IMG/VR virus record: IMGVR_UViG_3300031134_000004
Location: 128,001 to 192,000 of that record
Source of the DNA: a virus
Lineage: Duplodnaviria; Caudoviricetes
Length of the DNA stretch: 64,000 bases
Strand: one strand, 5' to 3'
Part shown: positions 55,621-64,000 of the stretch, piece by piece
How positions within the stretch are numbered: the first letter of the stretch is position 1
Layout: each line of letters starts with the position of its first letter
Program-made: the position numbers and the translations under genes
The notes under the pieces: model-generated
Databases searched by the model: none
The model's input: only the letters and a program-made list of their open reading frames with translations
Told to the model about the DNA's origin: nothing

Positions 55621-56490
55621 TTACTTCTTGAACACGCCTTCGAAGTGCTCGATGGTGCGGTTCAGGGAATTGGCAAACGCTTCGACCTTGTAGTAGATGG
55701 CCGAGAAGAATTCCAGTTCGGATGCGATCTCGTAAGCACCGGATGCGAGGTTGTCAAACGACTGTGGGGACAGGTCGTCAAATTCACCACGACGCACCAT
55801 CTCCATGATCTTTTCCAGCAGCAGCGTGCACTCTTCGACTTTCTTGTTGAGCACCTTGCGATCCACGCCATTCATCAGGCGCATCATGTTTTCGCTGTTG
55901 GCAAAGATATGCTGCCAGTCGCCATTACGTTCGGTGACTTTACCCAGGGTCGATTCAGCTTCGGTCGAACCCTTTGCGAAACACTTGCCCAGTTTTGCAT
56001 TGTGCTTTTCGCGCTCAGCAGCCAGTTCCTTGTGCACCTTGCTCGAAGAGAGCGTCGAGAGACGTTGCTCTTTGTTCGTGACGATCTGGCTCAGGAACAC
56101 CGTGTAGGCGGACATGGGGCCGGACAGGACACGCGAAGCATGCATGACTGCTATTAGCAACTCGCTCGAATACTCGAAGTACGTAGCGTTCATGCCTTCT
56201 GGAACATACGCTTTGAGGGCGGAGATTTCCATGTAGGCGTGTTTGCCGAGCGAACGGATGAAGTCGTTTTGCTTGGAGGTCAGTTTGATGCCCGAATCAT
56301 TCGGGGAGAAATGATTGAAGAAGCCCTTGACTTCTCCGATGAACGAAGGGAAGGACTTGGTCAAGAGCGCTTTGATATCCGCGCCGGACATTGCCTCAAG
56401 CGCGAGACGGTCGCGCTGGATACGAAGCGAGTTATTCATGGTAGAATCCAGAGAAATGTTACGTGATGAAAAATACTGCAATGATTGCAC
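55621..56490 (-). CDS. Probable head/internal protein with ALE processing site
   Basis: RLALEAMS near the N-terminus; largely helical. Confidence 0.55.
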   Translation of the reverse strand: MQSLQYFSSRNISLDSTMNNSLRIQRDRLALEAMSGADIKALLTKSFPSFIGEVKGFFNHFSPNDSGIKLTSKQNDFIRSLGKHAYMEISALKAYVPEGMNATYFEYSSELLIAVMHASRVLSGPMSAYTVFLSQIVTNKEQRLSTLSSSKVHKELAAEREKHNAKLGKCFAKGSTEAESTLGKVTERNGDWQHIFANSENMMRLMNGVDRKVLNKKVEECTLLLEKIMEMVRRGEFDDLSPQSFDNLASGAYEIASELEFFSAIYYKVEAFANSLNRTIEHFEGVFKK

Positions 56491-56562
56491 AACATAAAAT
56501 TACTGAGTGGCGAAATTATTTGTAGAGGCCGCATACCGGTCGCCAACTAACAAGGAACTTTA

Positions 56563-56904
56563 ATGAATAAGCCAATACTACAAGGTGACGACAAGTACGA
56601 CATCTTGCACGACTTCCCGGCCCACTATACTGTCCGCGCCGTGTATGTGAAAGACGTTCGCTCCGAGTCGCATATCCCTGAAGATAAGATCCTCAAAGTC
56701 TTCACACGTTTTGAAGCTGACGTCGTTGCAGCAGACGGCAAGGAATACACGATGGTGTTTGACAACCTCGAATTCCTCAAGCACTTCCGTGTGTGGAAAG
56801 ACAGCTACATCGTTATGTTCCCATTCGGCGACGTTCGCTGCATGGCAGCATCGAGTTTCCAGAAACTGTACGGCACGCCACCTGCGCCCGTTCAAAACCC
56901 ATAA
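56563..56904 (+). CDS. Hypothetical protein
   Basis: RBS aaggaa, 113 aa. Confidence 0.65.
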   Translation: MNKPILQGDDKYDILHDFPAHYTVRAVYVKDVRSESHIPEDKILKVFTRFEADVVAADGKEYTMVFDNLEFLKHFRVWKDSYIVMFPFGDVRCMAASSFQKLYGTPPAPVQNP

Positions 56905-56924
56905 GACGGAGTACCATCTTGCAC

Positions 56925-58514
56925 ATGCCCCAAATTAACCAGCTGCTGCGCCCTGTGCATCAAGCGGCACCTTCTATTAAGATCATGCTCAATGTCGGTG
57001 CATGTCTTGATATCCCAACCGGCGTCTTCCTTGAAGGTCCAAATGGCGAACACATCTTAAATGGCGGCTTGGCCCCATTGACCGGCGTGGTCGGCATTGG
57101 CAACAACTTCAAGTCCACGCTCATGCACTACATGATGCTCACGGCAATGTCGCGTATGGCAGGTTCGACCGCTTCGACGTATGACACCGAAGTGAACATC
57201 CACGAGTGGCACTTGGCTGAGATGATCCGTCGTCAGATCGCCTTCTGCGGTGAAGATGTTCTCCAGACTTCGCGCTGGGTCATTACCGACAAGACGATGT
57301 ACACCGGCGACGAGTGGTACAAGATGCAGAAGGACTTCCTCGAAAGCAAGATCAAGCACGCTGCCAAGATCGAAGTCATCACGCCATTCTGGAACCGCGA
57401 TCGTTCGGGTCCAATGAAGATGCCAGTGCCAACGTTCACCGAAGTCGATTCGTTCACTGAGTTCGAAACGTCCGACGTCATCGACATGCAAGAACACGAC
57501 CTGGGTGACTCGAAAGGCAATACCATCCACATGCGTCAAGGTCTGGCCAAGCTGCGCTTCTTGATGGAAGCCCCGCGTCTGAATGCCGGTTCGTACAACT
57601 ACCTGCTCATGACGGCGCACATCGGCAAAGAGTCGACGATGCAAAACGCTGGTCCAGCAGGTTCGGTCCCAATCGTCAAGCTCAAGCACTTGAAGAACGG
57701 CGACAAGATCAAGGGCACGACCGACAAGTTCACCTTCATCACGCACAACTGCTGGCACTCGTACAACGCCAATCCACTGATGGCGGCAGACAAGAACGGC
57801 CCAGAGTACCCACGCGATGCAGACGACAAGGCAAAGCTCGATACCGACTTGAACACGGTCTCGGTGCGTAACCTGCGTAGCAAGTCCGGTCCATCGGGCA
57901 TGGCCATTACGCTGATCGTCTCGCAAACTGAAGGCGTGCTGCCATCCTTGACCGAGTTCCACTACATCAAGGAAATGGGTCGCTTTGGTCTGGAAGGCTC
58001 AAACATCAACTACGCGCTTTCCCTGCTGCCAGAAGTCAAGCTGGGTCGTACGACGGTGCGCTCGAAGATCGACGCCGACGCTAAGCTGCGCCGCGCTCTG
58101 AACATCACTTCGGAGATGTGCCAGATGGGCGAGATGTGGCATCACCTCGATGGTGACCTGCTGTGCACGCCTAAGCAACTGTACGATGATCTGAAGGCCA
58201 TGGGTTACGACTGGGATCGCCTGCTCAATACGCGTGGCTGGTGGACGTACGACAACGACAAACAGACCGATCCATTCCTGTCGTCGATGGACTTGCTGCG
58301 CATGCGTATGGGTTGGTATCACCCGTACTGGATGGAACTGCTGCCAGGCATGACCGAGCGTCCAACCAAGGACAATCCAAACCCACTGGCAAAAGCCAAC
58401 GGTGGTGGTCTGGATAAAGAAGCACTCGTGGCCAAGGCAACGGCTGACGCAGTGTTCGCTGCCATCCGCAACCGTGTCAAAGAGCAGGAAGCTGCTGAAG
58501 AAGAACTGGCGTAA
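56925..58514 (+). CDS. uvsX: UvsX/RecA-like recombinase (phiKZ gp152-like)
   Basis: LNVGACLDIPTG, Walker A GIGNNFKST, YDTE, Walker B EVDSFT, KSGPSG. Confidence 0.85.
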   Translation: MPQINQLLRPVHQAAPSIKIMLNVGACLDIPTGVFLEGPNGEHILNGGLAPLTGVVGIGNNFKSTLMHYMMLTAMSRMAGSTASTYDTEVNIHEWHLAEMIRRQIAFCGEDVLQTSRWVITDKTMYTGDEWYKMQKDFLESKIKHAAKIEVITPFWNRDRSGPMKMPVPTFTEVDSFTEFETSDVIDMQEHDLGDSKGNTIHMRQGLAKLRFLMEAPRLNAGSYNYLLMTAHIGKESTMQNAGPAGSVPIVKLKHLKNGDKIKGTTDKFTFITHNCWHSYNANPLMAADKNGPEYPRDADDKAKLDTDLNTVSVRNLRSKSGPSGMAITLIVSQTEGVLPSLTEFHYIKEMGRFGLEGSNINYALSLLPEVKLGRTTVRSKIDADAKLRRALNITSEMCQMGEMWHHLDGDLLCTPKQLYDDLKAMGYDWDRLLNTRGWWTYDNDKQTDPFLSSMDLLRMRMGWYHPYWMELLPGMTERPTKDNPNPLAKANGGGLDKEALVAKATADAVFAAIRNRVKEQEAAEEELA

Positions 58515-58563
58515 TGCCAATGAGCCGGGCCTTCGGGTCCGGCTTATTCCACCGGGAACTAAA

Positions 58564-58950
58564 ATGAATACCAAACAACCAAAATACAATACGGGTGACA
58601 TTCTGTCTTCCAATGGCCAATTAGCTCTGGTCAAAGAGAACTGTGGCGAAGTGGAGATGAATTGCAGCTTCATTGAAGTCTACCAACTCGAATTCTTTGC
58701 GCCTGACGGCAAGACACGCATTGCGTATGTGGAACCGGAATTCGTGGAAAAGTTCTTCAAGCCAGCTACGATGGTCAACGGTCAACCATTACCGGCTGAT
58801 GGCTGGAACAAAACTGCAGTCACGCCAATGCAAGTTGGTTGGGTCGTTAAACGCTGGAACAAACCGACCGGTCCCGTTGTCTGGGCTGGCTATTATAACG
58901 GCAGCGCCAAGTTGGCAAGCTGCGATGAGTGGCTCGCCCTCTCCCTTTAG
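58564..58950 (+). CDS. Hypothetical protein
   Basis: ATG 58564; KYNTGDIL (SH3-like start). Confidence 0.6.
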   Translation: MNTKQPKYNTGDILSSNGQLALVKENCGEVEMNCSFIEVYQLEFFAPDGKTRIAYVEPEFVEKFFKPATMVNGQPLPADGWNKTAVTPMQVGWVVKRWNKPTGPVVWAGYYNGSAKLASCDEWLALSL

Positions 58951-58958
58951 GATCTATC

Positions 58959-59750
58959 ATGCACACCAAAGAATCTTTCCCTCCCAATAGCGACAGCGAA
59001 TACGTAGCGCGGCTGCCGGAGAAGGACGAGAAGGCATCGACACTCGTTTCGGGTCAATACGTACCAGGCGTGGGTTTTGCTACCGTCATCGAATCAAATG
59101 GTCGTTTGCTCGAAGCAGTCTACCCTATCACGAGTGGCGACAGCATCCGTGAAATCACCCGCGAGGATTTCGAATCCCGCTACCAACAACCGATCGACCC
59201 ACTGCACCCCAAGTTCGGGTTCATGCAACGTATCCGTGAGGAGATCACGGGGATCGTCTCGATCGTTCTGGGCTGCCCATCGGACAACTACGTGCTCGGT
59301 GAAACGCTGGAACCTGCGTACATCATCACAGAAGCACCAGGATCGGCTTGGGGCGATATTCAGATGCATCCCAAGAAGATCATCACGCAAAAGAAGATCG
59401 AGCGTGTGGGGGCTTACACGCTGGTTGAAGAGCGTGTCGGTAAAGGAAGTAATCCTGCCATTGAATACAAGCAAAGTTTCCCACTCGGTGTGAACAACCC
59501 GACAGAGACTGTGGATTTCTTGCAAAACGCTGGTAGCCTGAACCGTCAACAACCAACGTCGACCGGGGAAGCCCAACCTGTGAAAGCGCGCGGTATGAAT
59601 AGCGCAATCTTCCACATCGACGACTTGGGCTTTGCTCCAGCACAAGGCATCACTCCGCCTCGTACTGACCCGGACGCCTACATGCGTGGCCACACCCCGA
59701 TTGCCGGCATTCTTCAACCTATCGTCGCGGACGACCAAGCCAGCTATTAA
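58959..59750 (+). CDS. Hypothetical protein
   Basis: ATG 58959 after agga. Confidence 0.6.
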   Translation: MHTKESFPPNSDSEYVARLPEKDEKASTLVSGQYVPGVGFATVIESNGRLLEAVYPITSGDSIREITREDFESRYQQPIDPLHPKFGFMQRIREEITGIVSIVLGCPSDNYVLGETLEPAYIITEAPGSAWGDIQMHPKKIITQKKIERVGAYTLVEERVGKGSNPAIEYKQSFPLGVNNPTETVDFLQNAGSLNRQQPTSTGEAQPVKARGMNSAIFHIDDLGFAPAQGITPPRTDPDAYMRGHTPIAGILQPIVADDQASY

Positions 59751-59753
59751 ATC

Positions 59754-60092
59754 ATGCCGTTTCAGAAACTTACCATTCCTATCGTGTATCCCATCAAGTT
59801 TGGTTTGCACGATACTGTCCGTCATCAAAAGGGCGGACACTACGAGATCTGTGGTTTGCCTGACGAACTCGTGATCGAAGAGACGGGGGAACCAGCTTAC
59901 GCGTATCGTGGACCGGATCAACGTGTGTGGATTCGTGCACAGTCCAAAATGGAAGATGGTCGCTTTGAACTGATCAAGACGGCCAACTACATCAAACTGG
60001 AAAAGCGTCAGAAGCAGCAACGCTTTGACAACATCATACTCGGAACGATACTGTTCTTGATTGGTGTTTTCTGGTGGTGCTCGAAACACTGA
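59754..60092 (+). CDS. DUF1653-like domain protein with C-terminal TM
   Basis: VRHQKGGHYEI...E....AYAY......W.R....MEDGRF. Confidence 0.6.
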   Translation: MPFQKLTIPIVYPIKFGLHDTVRHQKGGHYEICGLPDELVIEETGEPAYAYRGPDQRVWIRAQSKMEDGRFELIKTANYIKLEKRQKQQRFDNIILGTILFLIGVFWWCSKH

Positions 60093-60147
60093 TCTTTTTT
60101 ACATGCCATGCATCTTTTTGTGAACGAGACCATTTACAAGGAGACGC

Positions 60148-60477
60148 ATGGATCATCCGGAACGTGAACGCTACGGCAAACTCGTAGAAGAAGGTGGTGA
60201 GGTCGGCCAAGCAATTGGCAAGCTTGTTGTGTATGGTCGAGAACCAGTAGCCGGTGGTATCAAGTACAACAATGTCGGCAATCTGGAAAAGGAGTTGGGT
60301 CAGTTCTTTGCTGTTGTCGACATGCTCGTCATGGCAGGCGACATTAATCGGGCAAGTATTGAAATTGCTCGTGCTGATAAACTAGCTCTTCTTCCTACCA
60401 CACTGAACCACCAGTCTCCCGAGTTAGCAGCAGCAATGTACCTCGAAGCAAAGTCGATCTGGGCGAAACAGTTGTAA
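60148..60477 (+). CDS. MazG-like nucleotide pyrophosphohydrolase
   Basis: KLVEEGGEVGQAIGK...LEKELGQ (EExxE...ExxD-like; the last Asp is replaced by Gln). Confidence 0.65.
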   Translation: MDHPERERYGKLVEEGGEVGQAIGKLVVYGREPVAGGIKYNNVGNLEKELGQFFAVVDMLVMAGDINRASIEIARADKLALLPTTLNHQSPELAAAMYLEAKSIWAKQL

Positions 60478-60535
60478 AACGTTTCCTTCAGTAAATCAAT
60501 TTCCTAGTTGCAATTTTATTAAGTAAAAAATTACC

Positions 60536-60874
60536 ATGAATAACCATAATGTAGAACAGAATCCGACCACTGAGTCGGTGGTGCCTTCCCCTTACATCGA
60601 CAAGCTTACCGCTGCGCTGGCCGCAGCTGGTCATGTGAATCCTGAAAGCTGGAAGCAACACCTGGAAGCGGATGCGTACATCACCAACGATGACGACATC
60701 CAGCGTTTCCTGATCAACCGTGCCCTGCGTTTGTGCTTGTCGCAAGCGCCAGTGTCAACGATGGACGAGCGTTATTGCTTGGTTGATAAAGGCGACATTC
60801 CTCGCTGGTTCGAACTCGTGGAACAAAAGGTCGTGCCGTGTCTGGTTCAGCACAGCCTGCCTCCCACGAAGTAA
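60536..60874 (+). CDS. Hypothetical protein
   Basis: 112 aa; ALRLCLS motif. Confidence 0.6.
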   Translation: MNNHNVEQNPTTESVVPSPYIDKLTAALAAAGHVNPESWKQHLEADAYITNDDDIQRFLINRALRLCLSQAPVSTMDERYCLVDKGDIPRWFELVEQKVVPCLVQHSLPPTK

Positions 60875-61329
60875 TCTTCGACTACTCTATTCGGTACGTT
60901 GTTGCAGGTTCGCGTGGTTACGATGACTACGTGTTCTTTAGTAAGGCCATCTGGGATACGGTGGCTTTGCATGAAGGGATTGACATCCTCTTCATTTCAG
61001 GCGCTGCTCGAACGGGCGCTGATGCAATGATTATTCGGTTCTGCAAAGAGCATGGATTTACCTGGGTAGAGTTCCCGGCTGATTGGGACCAGTTTGGTAA
61101 GCGGGCAGGATACCTACGAAATACAGAAATGGCACAGGTGTGTACACATCTTCTTACTTTTTATGATGGAGCAAGTCGCGGCACGAAACACATGATCGAA
61201 GCATGTGAAAAACTCGAGCGCGACGTGTTCACGATTTTAATCGACATAAAAAGGAAGAGCCATGCCTGGCAATCGCAAAGCGGCGGAGAAAGTGATTCTC
61301 GAGTACATCGAGAAACTTCTGCCTGGTAG
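60838..61329 (+). CDS. SLOG-superfamily protein (DUF2493/YspA-like), start uncertain
   Basis: VAGSR, ISGAARTGAD, W..FGKRAGYLRN..M, FYDGASRGTKHMI. Confidence 0.8.
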   Translation: MSGSAQPASHEVIFDYSIRYVVAGSRGYDDYVFFSKAIWDTVALHEGIDILFISGAARTGADAMIIRFCKEHGFTWVEFPADWDQFGKRAGYLRNTEMAQVCTHLLTFYDGASRGTKHMIEACEKLERDVFTILIDIKRKSHAWQSQSGGESDSRVHRETSAW

Positions 61330-61930
61330 CCCCAATACCCAACTGTACAAAGATTTGTTTGCCGCGCAAAGCGACAAGCAGTTCGATGACTTCATGAAGG
61401 GAATCGAAGACGGTTCGATTCGATTGGCGATCATTGCCCCGAACTTCGGTGAGCAAAGTTTGTCGAAAGAGCGTAACCTTGACTTGGCTGATGAACTTGG
61501 CCATGACTTCTTCGAACGTATCTGGATTAATCCGGGTAACGACATTCCACCTTACTTGTCTCCGATCAAATACTTGGTCGTGGATTTGCCGCTGCGTCGT
61601 CAAGCGCAGCTGCTCGTGAAGAAGATCTCCATTCCGGAAGACAATAAATCAACTGACGATTACACCGGTCAACCGACTGGCAAATCCAAGGGTAGCAAAA
61701 TCTCCTACCCGGAGACTCAGATCCTCGCGGCGTTGAATCTTGACGCTAACTTGACGGAACTGCTCAAACTCCGGGGTGGTGATAACAAGAGCTTCGATGC
61801 CATGAACACTGTCATTTCCCAAACGGGTAGTGTCAGTCAAGAGGCCATCAAGCATTTGGGTGGACGGGTTAAGTCGACGGAAACGTTGGCTATTTTCTTA
61901 ACCTGCATGCATTTGGGAACGACACTGTGA
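61262..61930 (+). CDS. Virion RNA polymerase beta subunit, C-terminal part (phiKZ gp149-like)
   Basis: KGSKISYPETQILAALNLDANLTELLKLRGGD aligns by eye to RpoB [32 protein letters not shown]. Confidence 0.8.
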   Translation: MPGNRKAAEKVILEYIEKLLPGSPNTQLYKDLFAAQSDKQFDDFMKGIEDGSIRLAIIAPNFGEQSLSKERNLDLADELGHDFFERIWINPGNDIPPYLSPIKYLVVDLPLRRQAQLLVKKISIPEDNKSTDDYTGQPTGKSKGSKISYPETQILAALNLDANLTELLKLRGGDNKSFDAMNTVISQTGSVSQEAIKHLGGRVKSTETLAIFLTCMHLGTTL

Positions 61931-62400
61931 ACACACTGAACCATGAAGGCATGATGGTAGTTGCCGAGACGTTTATCGACGCCTATCAACACGTCATATC
62001 GAACTACACCCAAGAGCAGCGTGATTTAGCCAAGCGCTTTACCGCTGAACTGGTCATGAAGTACGTGTGCTTTACAGCAGTGACGCCTGACGGTATCGCT
62101 AAGCTGAAAGATGCAGTATTTGGTCGTGATGAAAATCGCGACTTTATCTTGACGCTCACGTTCGTGACGTTTTCCCGACTCGGGATGGATGAAGATGGTA
62201 TCGAGGCTTTAGCCAAGAACATCGCGCGCAGTATCTCCATTCCCATGAAAGTCGATGACGTCATGATCCCGGATGACAACATGAAACGTCTGGCTTCGTT
62301 TGACGATGTCTGGACCATCCTGAAATCCAATCTCTGGCTTATCACCATTCTTCTCATGCAACTGTTCATCACGGCAGCAAATGAAGATGTGAAGAAATAA
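61927..62400 (+). CDS. Hypothetical protein
   Basis: GTGA overlap with the RNAP gene; 157 aa. Confidence 0.65.
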   Translation: MNTLNHEGMMVVAETFIDAYQHVISNYTQEQRDLAKRFTAELVMKYVCFTAVTPDGIAKLKDAVFGRDENRDFILTLTFVTFSRLGMDEDGIEALAKNIARSISIPMKVDDVMIPDDNMKRLASFDDVWTILKSNLWLITILLMQLFITAANEDVKK

Positions 62401-62458
62401 CGAACTCTGCACCCTTCGGGGTGTGGGGCTTCCCTCGTCCAAAACGGAAGCTTGAAAG

Positions 62459-63169
62459 ATGACGAAAACAAAAAGAATCGACGCGATCTTAGTATCGCTC
62501 GACGTGTTACTCGACACAAGGATTGGTACGGTTGCACGTATCAGTCAAGAAGCAGCAAGTTACTTGCTCGCCTCAGGGAAGTATTACCAACGCTCGACCG
62601 ATCGTTTCCCTGGTGTCGATGTTGAAGAGTACAAAAAGCTTTACGCAGAACGTGACACTGTAACGTTGGCGCATTCCCAAGTCACCAATGCAATCGAGTG
62701 GTTAAGACGCCTTAGGGGCGTGTTGGCGGATCATGCAATCGAACGGCCGTACAACGACGGCACGAAGATTGTCGTAAATGTCTATCCGTACCAATTAACC
62801 GGTGAGGAGAAGGACGAACTGGTCAAGGCCATTGGGGCCTGGTTGAATTACGAGCTTCTTGTCGAACTCGTGTCAATCCGTACCGAAGATCTCACTCCAG
62901 AGCACTGCAAATCGTCGTACGCGATGATGATGTTTTACGACTTTGAAGACTGGATGGAAATCCACGCAAAGGCGTTCGAACAAACGCGCTTACCTGAAGT
63001 AACGCTGTTCGCACCTGCTTTGTACTTCAATAAAGAACCATCGGCAAAAGAACTAGAAAAAGCAGTTAAGGACGCAGGGCATCCGATGAAAGCATTGGAG
63101 CTTCTCGCATCACCACTGATTGACCTCAAGCTAATTGATGTCAAGTTCTTTAGCATCCTACAGAAGTAA
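62459..63169 (+). CDS. Hypothetical protein (HAD-like N-terminal motif, degenerate)
   Basis: ILVSLDVLLDTRIGT; 236 aa. Confidence 0.6.
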   Translation: MTKTKRIDAILVSLDVLLDTRIGTVARISQEAASYLLASGKYYQRSTDRFPGVDVEEYKKLYAERDTVTLAHSQVTNAIEWLRRLRGVLADHAIERPYNDGTKIVVNVYPYQLTGEEKDELVKAIGAWLNYELLVELVSIRTEDLTPEHCKSSYAMMMFYDFEDWMEIHAKAFEQTRLPEVTLFAPALYFNKEPSAKELEKAVKDAGHPMKALELLASPLIDLKLIDVKFFSILQK

Positions 63170-63405
63170 GAAACCAGCACATGCAGTCCATCCTCGACCC
63201 ATCCCACTTACTCCAGGGATACGGGTCGAGGGGACTCACAGGCTTTGGTTTCGAGTCCAGTAGTGGCGTGATCCTTTCGAGGGTTGCTGCTACAACAGTC
63301 TCGTAGGAGCCCGTTGGAGAAAAGCAGCACTCGAGCGCTCAGGCGCTCGAGTGTATGCCGCGGCATAAAGAGAAGCCCGGTTGCCCAGACTCCTCTTTAG
63401 GGAAA

Positions 63406-63831
63406 TTACTCAGGTTCGGTCATGCGTGAGCGGAACATCTCAACGTTCTCTTGGATGTAGGCTGTACTCGTTTCACCATCGACCAGCACTGGGTCAGGAA
63501 TATCGCTGCCCAGCATCGGGATCTCACGTTCGACAGGCGCTTCTGCTTGACGGTGACGGGTGCCAGAGGCTTGTTGCAACAGCTGAGCAATGATACCGGC
63601 GGCTGCTTCTTGGTTGTTGTTGGCTTTCTCTTCAACCTTGATGCGCTTACGACCCAGGGCCGAGGCGTCCATGTCTTTGAGCGTTGAGAGCAGCAACTTA
63701 CGGTCGTCTGGTTCAAGAGGCAGCTGGTTGTTCTTAAACAGTTCCCCGACCATTGCCACACGTACGGCGTGGGTCTGGGCAAGGATTTGATCTTCTTCTA
63801 CCAATGCTGGCAAGACTTCGATCTGGTTCAT
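63406..63831 (-). CDS. Hypothetical protein
   Basis: ATG 63831 after ggag; LLSTLKDMDASALGRKRI. Confidence 0.65.
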   Translation of the reverse strand: MNQIEVLPALVEEDQILAQTHAVRVAMVGELFKNNQLPLEPDDRKLLLSTLKDMDASALGRKRIKVEEKANNNQEAAAGIIAQLLQQASGTRHRQAEAPVEREIPMLGSDIPDPVLVDGETSTAYIQENVEMFRSRMTEPE

Positions 63832-64000
63832 GGGTAACTCCAAAATTCATATAAGGGGGAAAGCACCGTAACACATTCTAAATATGTTTGGTAACATATC
63901 ATTCAAGTAGCATTACCCGTAGTATCCATTAACTTTATCACTAATTAGCATTGGAACAATCAATGTGGTTCACTAATCTCTTTACGAAATTCTTTGCACG

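Noticed and set aside
63232-63260. tRNA (GGTTTCGAGTCC resembles a T-loop)
   Set aside because: No acceptor stem, D-arm or anticodon arm can be built around it.
1-64000. Bacterial chromosome or integrated prophage
   Set aside because: There are no housekeeping operons or integrase. The gene set (split RNAPs, phiKZ-type capsid, UvsX, SbcC) indicates a lytic jumbo phage.

Overview
This window is a 64-kb segment of a phiKZ-like (nucleus-forming, Chimalliviridae-type) jumbo phage genome. All assignments come from motif recognition and gene order; no database search was run. Recognisable core genes: DnaB-like helicase, major capsid protein, a non-virion RNAP beta-like subunit, probable portal, RuvC, tail-fibre-like genes, SbcC/Rad50 ATPase, central spike, RNase H, UvsX/RecA and a virion RNAP beta C-terminal subunit. 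The standout is a ~2-kb non-coding array at 26195-28190. It has ~55 units of ~36 bp, each built as AGTCACCCA-N9-AGTGWATCA-N9. It follows a putative early promoter and sits directly upstream of a 393-aa IS110/Nop-like protein with no recognisable nuclease domain. This matches the TIGR-Tas RNA-guided system (TasA type), here in a jumbo phage and with a long guide array. Other oddities: six tandem P-loop-like paralogues with progressively eroded Walker A motifs, a 1180-aa protein with ~9 HTH-like repeats and internal ribosome-binding sites, an N/G/W prion-like tract in a gene next to the RNAP subunit, and a family of CATA-hairpin-TATG intergenic elements. I found no tRNA, rRNA or CRISPR array. 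The host cannot be determined from this window.
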